64,000 nt of DNA. It comes from Oopsacas minuta (taxonomy: Eukaryota; Animalia; Porifera). The stretch lies in the NCBI GenBank assembly GCA_024704765.1, contig JAKMXF010000020.1, positions 1 through 64,000 on the forward strand. Direction: 5' to 3'. Shown here piece by piece: positions 13,489 to 25,800 of the stretch (its first letter is position 1; every line of letters starts with the position of its first letter). Position numbers and translations under genes: made by a program. The notes beneath the pieces were generated by a model that worked only from the letters and a program-made list of their open reading frames with translations, ran no database searches and was not told the origin of the DNA.

Positions 13489-14043
13489 CTAAATGAGCGA
13501 ACAAATCCAATGCTTCTTCTTCTTCATGTTCTGAGGCGGAGATCGGGAGTTTATTTGTCTCACGAGGTCGTGGAACACATCTTGAACGTTGATACTAGCT
13601 TTCGCAGACGTTTCATAGAATGAACAGCTGAATTGTTTAGACAGAGTATACCCTTGGTCCTTTCCAATTGTCCTCTCATCTTCTAAGTCAGATTTATTGC
13701 CAGCTAGCACCATAGGGACGTTATCCTGATCTTTGACTCGGAGAATCTGTTCTCGTATATCTTGCAACTCTACGAAAGTTGATTGTGCGGTAATAGAGTA
13801 GACAAGCAGGAAGCCCTGTCCATTCTTCATATACAAGTCTCTCATAGCAGTAAATTGCTCAGTACCAGCTGTATCCAGTAATTCCAGCATACATTGCTGG
13901 TCATCGATCTCAACAGCTTTCCTATATGAATCCTCTATTGTTGGGTCATATTTCTCTACAAATATTCCCTGTACAAATTGCACGGTGAGGGCGCTCTTGC
14001 CTACACCAGCACAACCCAGCACTACCAGTTTATACTCGCGCAT
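13489..14043 (-). CDS. RAP1: Ras-related protein Rap1 (intronless)
   Basis: [48 protein letters not shown] (Rap-type T61), NKSD, ETSAK, polybasic tail and CAAX (CSLI). Confidence 0.95.
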   Translation of the reverse strand: MREYKLVVLGCAGVGKSALTVQFVQGIFVEKYDPTIEDSYRKAVEIDDQQCMLELLDTAGTEQFTAMRDLYMKNGQGFLLVYSITAQSTFVELQDIREQILRVKDQDNVPMVLAGNKSDLEDERTIGKDQGYTLSKQFSCSFYETSAKASINVQDVFHDLVRQINSRSPPQNMKKKKHWICSLI

Positions 14044-14930
14044 TTAGTACTAATACTACAAACCTATACTGAGTAGAAAGCTGTTTAACCGATTGCGTCG
14101 GATTGTTATGCTCGTAATGAAAAGAACACTAAAATTTACCACTTCATTTTAACCAATTCCAGCACCAAAAACGAGACTTTAGCACCTTTTTCAGGTCATA
14201 ACATTACACATTTTCCGGCAGTATTCGGTTAATAGAAAATGCAGAGACTTTGTCTCTGCTCTGCTTTGTTTTTACGAAAACTCTTACGAACACCGCTAAC
14301 TGGGACTTTTTTTCTTATATTTCCCTAGAAATTTGCTAGTTATATTTTCATTGTGTTAGAATTTTATTAGAAATTTATTATTGATATTTGTCACTGAAAC
14401 TGTGTATTTATGAATCTATAATCATTATTTCATATAATATCAGTGTTATTTGAATGCGTCGAATTGGATTCTGTTTTGAATAGCTAGCTCAGGAGAACTT
14501 GGTGTATATAAATATGAGATCCTTCAAATCTCTAAAGTATTAAACTAAGAATTACTTCTACATAGCAAAAAAATTTATGAAGGACGACGAATGGGATGTT
14601 GGTATAATGCTCTGTATAGTGTATATATAACATTAACTATTATTAATAATAGTTATCATTATGAATACTCTGTTACTTGCTGGGATATCTTATACATACA
14701 TAAGAATTGATTTCTCGAAATATGTTGTAATGAAGTGCTTCAGTGCAGTCACAGCATTTAGCATACTCTGCAATTCAACAAAACAAAACAAAACAAAACA
14801 TATGACGAGAATCAGGTTATGCTAGTGTCACTAAATCCACAAATCACTAATGAAACAATAAAAATATGAACATAAAATAGTATATAGTATCAAAATGATA
14901 AGTGATATGTAATGATATAATTCGACTAAG

Positions 14931-15920
14931 CTATAGATTTTGTAATGCCATGTCTTTACGCTTAATCTTCTCCTTAGCGATTGCTTTTAACCAATCATCT
15001 CTCCAGGCACGTCTCTCTTCAAGCTTATCGATAGGAATCTTAGAGTTGAGATATTGAGACACTTTATCCAATGTAGGTCCTGAGAGATCTCTTGCTCCAA
15101 GCTCCTGTTGCTCTAAGCATATCTTTTTAATGTTATCTCCGTATTTTTGACAGTAGTCAACTGCTCCATTTGCATTTAACTGCATGGTCTCGAAATTTCC
15201 CATAAATGCGTACCTCATACCTATTCCCTCCGTGAGAGCTATGTCTGCATCTTCAGGAGAGCAAACTCCCTCCTCCACCAGCCTCCAGCATTCCATCAGA
15301 ATTGCGTATTGAATGCGATTCAACACAAATCCGTTTACTTCTCTCCGTACGAGGATAGGAGACTGTCCGATCTCTTTTTGTATAGCTATAGTCTTCTTCA
15401 CGGTCTCCGGGGTTGTCCAGGGTGAGGGTACAACCTCTACTAAGGTGCAGTAGTAGGGAGGGTTCACTGGATGTGCTACGATACACATAGACTCGTGTTT
15501 GAGTCCTTTCGTGAATTTAGACGGGATAATACAAGAAGTACTGCTCGCTAAAATAGTGTCATCTCCAACTAGTTCATCTATCTGTTTGAACACACTTTCT
15601 TTCAGCTGAACATTCTCAGGTACACATTCCTGTACGTAAACAGCTTTATTCAGAGATTCAGCCAATGAGTCTGAGTATCGAATCCTTGCTAGGACGGTTT
15701 GTGCATTCTCTCCTTCCTTCAACCAGTCCTCATCTCCCCACTGCACTAGTAGTGTATCCAGAACAGAGCGAGCTACCTCCAGCTGAGAGGATACGGTGTC
15801 GTACAGACACACGTCATAGCCTCTACGAGCGAATAGAGCAGACCAACTACGGCCTATCAGACCGCTACCTATAATGGTAACCTTGCCTAGAGATGTAGAA
15901 GCGATTGTACTAGAGGCCAT
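14931..15920 (-). CDS. CRYL1: Lambda-crystallin / L-gulonate 3-dehydrogenase (intronless, 329 aa from ATG 15920)
   Basis: GSGLIGRSW Rossmann motif, ILASSTS, CIVAHPVNPPYY, GFVLNRIQYA and GIGMRYAFMG are all characteristic of CRYL1. Confidence 0.93.
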   Translation of the reverse strand: MASSTIASTSLGKVTIIGSGLIGRSWSALFARRGYDVCLYDTVSSQLEVARSVLDTLLVQWGDEDWLKEGENAQTVLARIRYSDSLAESLNKAVYVQECVPENVQLKESVFKQIDELVGDDTILASSTSCIIPSKFTKGLKHESMCIVAHPVNPPYYCTLVEVVPSPWTTPETVKKTIAIQKEIGQSPILVRREVNGFVLNRIQYAILMECWRLVEEGVCSPEDADIALTEGIGMRYAFMGNFETMQLNANGAVDYCQKYGDNIKKICLEQQELGARDLSGPTLDKVSQYLNSKIPIDKLEERRAWRDDWLKAIAKEKIKRKDMALQNL

Positions 15921-16846
15921 GGAAATCTGGCTGAACATAAAATGCAAGGAATATTTGGTTACGAAATTAGATGGTAGGATTACAAACAGCAATACAAACT
16001 TAATCCTTTCCAACATATACAGGGCCATTTTCTTCAAATGAATTGATTCAACAACTTATTTCTCATAATCAGTTGATTCAACCAACAGAACTCATTTATT
16101 AAATAAGCTGGTATAACCAACTCATCTCTCTCAACGAGTTGAATGGGTTGCTAAAATGAAATTCAAATAAGTTGGTAAAAGAAATGACGTGATTTTGAGA
16201 GTATAGGAGACCCTCCTAAGTCCGAATAGGGAATAAAGCATCGTGAACTACATAGTTCACGAAAGCATATAGCAGTCCACCCTCGATTATCCGAATACCT
16301 CCGTCATATACTTTCAATCTTGGTGTTCGGAAACTGAAATAGTGTACTTTCCTATATGATATTCACAGCTCATGGATATATGAAATTGTGAGTTTGAAAT
16401 TTCGTATATTTAATTGAATGATCACACAATCCAAAACCAAGTAGAAATGTTTAACTAGTATTTTCCAAACTACTTATATTTAGGTATACTCCAACTATTC
16501 TTAAATGAAAAGAAATGGTTGAAAATCGGTTTAGATTGTACTTTGTGAATGGGGGATTATCTGATACATTTCTATATAAACAATGACTGTTATGTAGTAG
16601 GTATGTAATTTATTACTAATATTAAAAAAATTATGACAATTGTGCGTGATGTAATATTTTAAATAAAGAAAGCCTTGAAAATGTAACTAAAACATCTTAA
16701 AGATATCACAAGTACATAAATACAATAATTAGTCTAGAGTGTACTGAGGTTAAGTAAATATAGTGAAAACAATGAGTACAAAATGAAATCAAAAAACTTG
16801 ATTAGAAATATGATACATCGTTTGAGTGTAGTAGCCAATGATGTAC

Positions 16847-19800
16847 TCATAGAGTTTGGTTCTGTGCGGATAGATGCAACCTGGATACCACTAACTCAAG
16901 ATTATCTTTGGAACTCTTAAGTAGTTTTAATGTTCTATTACAATCAAGCTCTTTAATTGTGATACCATTAATCTATAGAAAGTTGAATTGTAATATTAGA
17001 ATTATGATATCAAATATATAACCACAAACCTCTCTAGTTTGTGATAGGATAACGGATTATTTCGTCACTATACGATAAACAGTGATGAAATAATCAAATG
17101 CTTCATCATAGACATGGCAAAGCATTCAGTTATTACATCACAGTGTATTATTTCGGTTTCTATACGGATATCTCTAATGCATGGATGATGTGGGAAGTCC
17201 GACCGGCGACAACGCGACCCTGCGAAACCTAGCGATTAATAAGGAGTACATTTTCGTGTGGAGAATGAACTGGGGTTACTCTTTACATTTTGGGCGATTA
17301 ATCATATTCTCACACCTTTGAATGTTAAATTCAAAAAGATGCTAAAGATCAAGTTTCGACATGTTGTCTGGTGTAATTGGGTGTATAGGATCTTACCCAT
17401 GAATTTAAATATTATCACACCTGGTAACCACCCTAGTCACCCTAGATAGGTCAATTTCTTACGTGTACTACCTTGCATACTTTAATACTCTAAAGTGCTA
17501 TAACTTACAGCCAGGAGTTTATCCAATGGTTTCAAATCTCCTCTATCCGCTGCACTACCAGCATCCACGTTCTTAACAAACACTCCCATATTACCGTTAC
17601 CGTCTGAGATCGAGAATCCGAAGCTCTGTTTTTCCTGCTTATATAACTGAACCTTCATTACTTCTTGATTGGAGTGCTTTTTGATATCAGAATCGAATGA
17701 AGGTTGTCTGAATCTCTGTTGTATCTGTATTTGTGAATTATTTGTATCGGTGTGGCCATTTTCTGTGTTTAGAGTAACGTAGTTGCTTGAAGGTTGCGCG
17801 GTTGCCACGATGCGGGGTAGAGGGGGAGCTTCTTTAATAGGAACATCTAACCAGGTGGCTCCTGAAACCGATCTAGAGGACAGTATCTGAGTCTGTTCGG
17901 AGGGAAGAGCTTGGTTCCTACGGGGGAGAGCAGGAGCTGAGCTCTGATCGGGAATTTGTTGGTCTGTCAGAGCTTCGTTCGGTTCCTGATCCAGCGGGAT
18001 GGAGTAGACTCCCAACTCATCCATCTCGTGGACGGGAGTGAAGTGACAATCTCTAATACCAGTGCGTCCTCGCTCCATCGTTCGTGATTTGTTTATCTTT
18101 TTAGGATCGAATGTAACCATCTCTATCGAATTAGGCAGCGTTTCTACACTCCTGTGCAGTCGTACCGGGACATGAGTACCGCCTACGAACTTGGTTAGAT
18201 TGGATGGTTCTCTTGGTTGATGCGATACCTTCTTCTGAGGAGGAGACGGAGAGGAATTATACATTGACGAACCTTCAGAATCCATCGAGCTGCCTCTATC
18301 TAGATGCGTAATGTTAGTTAGAGATGTGCTGTGTAAATCAGTGGATTTCCTATTGGAATAATCAGTGTGAGGGAGATGAGAGTTTAGAGAACTAGGCTCC
18401 AGAGGGTGCTGAGTAGGGTGGATCCGGCCTCTGCCTCTGAGTGCAGTTTCTTGTGCTAGACGATAGGAGTCTATTGGGTAACTGGTGACTGAGTTCAGCT
18501 GTGGCTTAGCACGAATAGGAGGAGGTCCGTGATTGGTTTGGTGAGTGGGAGCCACCGACTGTATATCGTGTTTTATCCTATCTCTCGGGTCAGGAATTGG
18601 AGAAGCAACTGCACACTACGGTATTATATTATAAATCATTTAATAATAGAAATACGTAGGATATATCGATATACTACCTGTACGTGATAATCTGTGTTGT
18701 ATTGTTGAGCTAAAAAGAAGAATACATGGATATTAATAAGAAGATGGAACAAGTCAGTAAGGCCCATTCTTAGCTAATTAACTGGATTAGGGGGATTTTG
18801 GGTTGTTGTGTATCACCATCAAAAACAAGTGTTTATCCTTGTGTGAGAGGATAAACTTATATAAACTCTATACCGTTAAAAGCACTAGAATAACTAGAGG
18901 TATTTAGAATAGAGTGCTACATTAATAATCAAATTAACCAACATTACTTCATTAGACAGGCGATCAGTAAATAAATTACAGAGTTTACAGTACATCTGAA
19001 TTAAAATCCTACTCAACTAACCCAGCATAGAATCCTTTACTAATGGATCTGGTTTTCTTATCTGCAATGCAACCACAATTTCAGCTTCCTCTAACATCCT
19101 AGCACAATCTAAGAGACTTTTGTCTTTCACGCTAACTCCATTGACACTTAATATCTCATCTCCCACGTGAATAGCTTCAGTCCTGGTCGAAAAATGATTA
19201 AATATATAATGATATTTTAAATTAAATAATATGGATAATGTCATATTCCAAGAAGAAATTCATATTTTAGTCTGGTCCCATTTCTTAAAGGAAGAGGTGT
19301 TAACACAGTTTTCCAGCCTACTTATCAAGAATGGAACTAGCCTACAGCGAGGACTTCCTCAAAATGACCTAGAACAGTATCCAAGCAGGCATAGCTAGAG
19401 AAGTCCATAAGTATAGTGTATGAATCTCTATCCTCATACCTGAGGCAAATTTTCTTATCAAATCCCCTCCTTCAGTCCATACTGGGTGGGATAAGGACAC
19501 TATTAATCATACCAGTACTTATGACAAACATTTCTTAATATAATTAACGAAATTGAGCATTCATAATTTGATATAATTAATTACAGCCAAACCTACTTAA
19601 CGGCCTCTGTATAACGATGTAGCCATATAGTATGGTGGATAAGTTGCATGAGAGAGTATAAGAAAAGTGACTAGCTGATACCACAATACAACTGAGATAA
19701 ATAAACTGAATAGTTGAGCGTAACATGGCAACTGAATTTGGTATCGGTATGCGTGAAGAGACGGCTAGAGAGTTGGAGAGGATTAGAAGAGAAGTGTTGA

Positions 19801-22800
19801 TGGCGAAAGAGGAACTCCGAACGAAATTCGAGTCCTATTTCCATGTGTACTACGAGAGAAACATCTCGTAATGGAGACACAACTAGACGAAGTGATACGT
19901 GTGGCAGAGGTTAAAGTGGTTGACAGAGAACAAAATGGATCAGCTGGGAATCGCCAAAGCTTAGGTAGCACAAAATTTGATGCACACTTAGTTGAATTAT
20001 CGCCTTCTCTCTATATAAGGCCTGCCATCAACCTCGAATTTTTGGACTAAGGATATAGTAGTGTATGGTATATAATATATTAGGAAATAGAATAGTTTCA
20101 TATCGCACAAACAATACTTTTATACACAAGTAAATGTATTGCAGATATATAGAATATCATGTCCAAAAAAAGAAGCAAAAAAATTTCAAAATGTGCCAAT
20201 TTATTGCTTAGTAAGCATTATGTAAACATATTAAAAAATTTGTCATGATAAAGTTAAATTAACTTTTAAATCAAAGATGCGATATTTGACGTTCTACTGC
20301 TCATCAAAGATTTGGCCATTTTCTCCAAATAATGCTTACTAAGCAAAGAAATTGGCACTTTTTTGCTTTTATTTTTGGACACATGATATTCTACATATCT
20401 GCAATACGTTTACTTGGGCATAAAAGTACTGTTCGTGTGATATGAAACCATTCTGATACTAATACAATAATTACCGTACACTACTATATCCCTAGTACAT
20501 CTGATGCTAGGCCTTATATAGAAAAGGCTATGGTTGAATGTTCTTATGGTAAATATGTCAAGAGAGCTAGACAATGAAATCCAAGGACTGGAGGCGATTA
20601 TAGATAGGATTCCATCTGTTGGCTCGGGTGGCATGGGAGGATTGTGTCGCGTGATGAAAGGGGTGTGTGTGATAATTAATTTAATAGGATTCAGGTGTTT
20701 GGCAAATATGGCTCTTATAAGGGGACCATTTAGCCATAAGGAAGTCTCTTCCTCCTGAAATAGCTGTAACTCTTCATCAGCTGTTTGTTAGATGTTTTCA
20801 GCCAAATCATATCCTTAATCTGGATAAGGAGAAATAATGTGTGAAGTGGAAACAGGGTAGGTATATTGAAGTATCATATTCGCTATTACAGCTGACTTAG
20901 ATCCACTGTATACAGGAATACGTAGAGATATCACATTTTCAAGTGATGGGAACCTATTTCAAGTGATTGTGTCACAAGAACTACTGACTAATCTTTACAG
21001 TTTCTGTCTAGACAGGCACCAAAATAATATAGTTTGTGATATCACTGATAAAATTAGAGTGTTCTCTATAGAGGGAGAGATTGTGACTACTATTGGACAT
21101 GGAGGGTCAGCCCGGACAGAACCTGGAGAATTTGATAATCCTTATGGCATTGAATTGGCAAGGAGAGTCGTATTGTTGTAGTGGATAGAGAGGAATCTAC
21201 AAACGTCAATTCTTCTAGTTATTAAATCATATTCGTTTGTTACATATTTACTTAATTGATTTAATTCTTATTTTGTCCTTTGAAAGTATGTATGGTTGAG
21301 GAGTGGAGACATGGATTATCATTAATAATTGAATTCAAACACTCTCGCTAAATTTTATTACGACTGTGCCAATTTGGAAAGGTGTTAAAGCTCCAATTAA
21401 CGATGCCAACACCCTAAACCCCGCTTAATCGAGTGTAATGACCTGGTCCCGAAGTAACCCTATTAAGTGGAGTCGGCTATATCTCAGTTTAGGCCACTGT
21501 TAGTTGGAAACTTGTTTTTAAACCAACAACCTTTGTGGATATAATAAGAATCAAATATCATTGAAAAAACATTCGCTTGAGGAAATGGCTATACATATTA
21601 ACTTAAAAATCTATGGTAAAGGACATTTGTATCCGAAATTATAAATGGGGAATGGAGGGTTATCAGGAGATTCGCCGTCCTGACCTCCCTCAATTATAGA
21701 AGTTCTACTGTATATGTATTGTTACTGATAAAATTGACAATTGTAACGTAATTATTGATTAATGTCTTAATTACATTTTTTACCGCCTCCTAGTTTAAAT
21801 GACAATCTACAAATTCGCACAATTCAATACTCATACTCACCTGGAAGCAACTCCTCCATCCATTAAATGGGACACTATGACAGAAGAACCTGCTGTACTG
21901 GTTCCTATCAAAACAGATTATTGGTATATAGGTTGGTATTCGTCGAAGAATTAAGCTTACTTACCTCGAATAGAGATGCCTAAGTTCCCCTTGTCCTTTG
22001 GCAGTTCTACTGTGTAAGTAATACTGTTGAATTCGCATAGCTTTGGACCTGTTAATACAAGTAGAGCATTCAAGTCATTTAAGGAATTAAAATCAAGAAG
22101 TTAGTAAGATGGATAAATACAATTAACTGTAAAATGAATATACTACTAAGTATAGTCCGCAAAGTAAATATAAAACAATAATAACTTGATAAGTTTAATG
22201 TCATGTTAAAAGTCCGGAAACCTTACAATAAGATTACAGAACAAATTAATTGTGCTATAACTAAGGGCGCTAACTACAGGGGCTGGAGATAAGAGGTTTC
22301 TTAATGGCAATTACAATTTGATTAGCTGGTAATAAAGAGCTTTATCTGACACTTCACCACTTGTGTCCAATAAAATTAAATATATCATAACGTACCGAGT
22401 AGTTGTGCTTCTTTAGAAATCTTAAGGGTGACAACATCTTCAGTTTCTTGTAGTAATTGCACTGCATCATTAAGAGTACAGTTAGTTAAGGATTGCCCAT
22501 TAATCGCTAATAGAACATCTCCTATCTGTAAACCTCCAGATCTGTTGAAATGATATCAGTTAAAAATTGTAACTCGATATAATAAATAAGTCATGGAAGA
22601 ATTGAATAGATAACAGCAAATGACTTTCCAGTCATTCGCTGTTTCAAATTCTTTATATTTACACATATACATTAGGCTCCGCTTAATTAGACTTCGGATA
22701 ACCTTATTATTAAAGGAGTTTACGTGTTTGTATTTTATTTTCGTTGACTAAATCGTTTCTCGCCTTAATTTCATACATAAAAAGTTTACGATAATACTAG

Positions 22801-25800
22801 AACAATAGATTCTGGTTAATAGGGTCAAATCTGGATCAGTCATTTCGACTAAACTAAATGAAATAAAGGTGTTCTGCCGGAGTTTATAATTAATTAAATA
22901 TATTCAGGCTATGCATATTTGATATTATTCAGTCGTAAGAGATTTGATTGTAAGAGAATAACATAATACGTAGCCCTAAGTTATAACATTATTGTCTCGT
23001 TTGTCCTTGAACACAACAATACTTGCCCCCAGGGCAGCACAAGCATCAGGTGGTGCTAGAGACAGAGGCAGTCCATAAGTATTCTTGAAGTGTTCTTGTA
23101 CTAGCTTGTTACGATAAAATACAGAACCACACCCAATCAGTCGGAGAGCTCCTTGGCTCCTGACAAACTCCGGAGTGAGCATTTTCGCAAGATTCTCCAC
23201 AATTCCTCTACACAGAGCAGAACTGACAGAGCCTAGGGAGAGATTGCTAGTCTCAATATCCGAAACACTAGCCTTTATGTCCGGACAATGTCTCTCTCCC
23301 AACAGAAGAGGAGAGATATTCAGATCTGTGTTAAGACAATCCAAACCTAATTCTATTATTTTCTCATAAACACTATCTCTCTCCATCCCGCTCCCTCCAA
23401 GATCTCTGCTCCAGCATTCTAGCATTTCTACAAACTTAGCAATAACATTGCCTCCATTCAGCGCAGCTGCTACCAAGATATCACTATCATTGAAGTAGGG
23501 GACAACAGTCACAGCATCCTGGAGACACACCTCTCTCACATGTCTGAGGAGAACAGCCTGAGCAGATGTGCCAACGTTAACAACAAGATCACCTGGGGTA
23601 GGGGAGGCAGACAGTACTGAGCATTGCATGTCTCCGAGCCCTACTGAAACAGGAATTCCCAATTTCAAACCATTCAAATCTACAGTTAGTTTACCAGCAA
23701 TCACTGTAGTGGCCACACACGGTAGTATGTCTAAAGGTACTCCTATATGGGAGAGCTGCTCTCTGTCCCAATCCCTTCTTACAGGAGAGTAATAACCCCA
23801 GCTATAAGCACACTGCTCTGAAGTTACTGGGCTGCTAAGTTTGCAGAGTAGATAGATTACAAGATCCATTATAGTACCAGACATGTGATATTCTGATAGA
23901 TAGTTAGGATTGTGTTTGGCTAGCCATGCGATAGAGCAACACCCAAATCCAGAGCACAATGGGTAGTCACAGCTGGGATTAGGTAAGGAGGTTAGGAATG
24001 TATTATCGCAACGTCTGTCTTCCCATGTTATCAAGTTGCTAACTTTATTCTCAAATTTCTCTTTACAACTAAAATCTGCCCAGACCAGATCCCTCTTCCA
24101 CAGAACTACTCCATGCATCTGTCCACACACTCCCACACTAACAACATTATTAACTAACTCAACTGCTAGCTCAGCTAAGCACTGGAGAAGTGAAGAAATG
24201 ACCTTATAAGGAGATTGTTCTCTTTCTACAGGAGATATTGTCTGTATAACGGCTCCTGTATCTCTACTCGCTGACGTCACTACATGCAGCATATCCCCTC
24301 TTTTGGCAGAAATACAGACCTTAACTGATGTTGTTCCTATGTCAATACCCAAGTAGTGTTCTGAGGCTGTTGCCATCCTAATGACTTATCTCTGTTAAGC
24401 TAATCAGTAAGTTAGATATGCTTAATTTGATGGTTAATATTTACAGGATAAGGGACAGCTGTTATATTAGAATTTATGTATATAGTTAACCCTGCACAAG
24501 GGCTATCTCTTTATAACTACCACTGAATTGCAGTCCTCTTTGATTTCCCTTTATAATGACAAATGTATAGTGGTCAGCTGCTTAACGCGGCCAGCAGCCA
24601 CCATTTTTAGTCACCTAATAACGCTAAACCTGTCTATAACGGCCACTGTATAGCGGTCATATCTCGTATCCACCTTTGAGAAGTACCTTGGGTGACCATA
24701 ATTAACCGCTTCCACTTTATAATCCTATATATCAGTCACGTGTCTTAATGGCTAACTTCTCTACCATCTAACCTAGAGTCTCCAACGCTTGGGGTTTCCC
24801 CGAGTCTTGGAGTTTTCTATCACCTGTCAGGGAAAAAACCCAAGACTTGGTATTTTATTAGTTTTTTGGATTATCGAATTTTGTTCTAAAAGCATTCTAT
24901 CAATCTTTGGGCACAATTCTTATAATTACGTATATTTTATAGTTTGTTCTTAACAAATGTTTGCCTACTAACATATTGTTAGGGTAGCTTGGGATTTCTT
25001 TATGTTTGAGCTTGAGTTTTTCGAAATTTACGTTGGGGAAACTGAATTTCTAACCGTTCTAACGGCCAATAATTTCAAAATACTACCACAAATGTATAAC
25101 TTACAAGTTCCAAACTCCCTATAGCGGCCTGTACATAACGGCCACTTTGGCCAGTGTTATCCTAAAAAGTAAAATTTGAAAACAAATGTAACACTGATTT
25201 TAGAATTTATACATATGATGTATTTATTTAGGACTCCAAATATTTAATGTATTAACTGTATTATAGACAATATCCCAATGTGAAATATTAAAGTTTATTC
25301 GTAGTAATATGTGTAGATACGAAATCGTAGCAACATATTACAAATCCCCCAGGCCCCATGATTTACGTCACTAAAGTGGTTGCTGCATTTTGGTAGCAAC
25401 ATATGTTGCTATAAACTTGTTTCTCGTACACGCCCAAATTTGGGACGGGCGTGGACGAGAAACAAGCACAGTCGAAGCAGTCTAGTCCGAATCTCAGAAA
25501 TAACATTAACTCAATGATAGATCCAATCTGTATAAATAATGAACTATCGAATCGCCAATGAATTGCCGAAACTAGAGGTTATAACGGTTTGTGGTTATCA
25601 AGAAACATGTTAGGCTAAGGTACAACTCTATTATCAGGAATATTAAGTGAAAAACCTTGTATTATGGTCAACGGGAGGGGATCCACAGTATATAGCTAAT
25701 CTATTATAGGGGTCCATGGCTGAAAAGGTTGAGAATCACTGGCCTGAATATCAAATTTAACGATTAATATAAATCTTATCGTTTACCTAAAAGCTATTCC

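Noticed and set aside
9376-15920. BBOX-like plus CRYL1 as a carnitine-pathway cluster (CRYL1 is related to bacterial carnitine dehydrogenase)
   Set aside because: The protein matches animal CRYL1 motifs closely and Rap1 lies between the two genes. Proximity in a compact genome is sufficient explanation.
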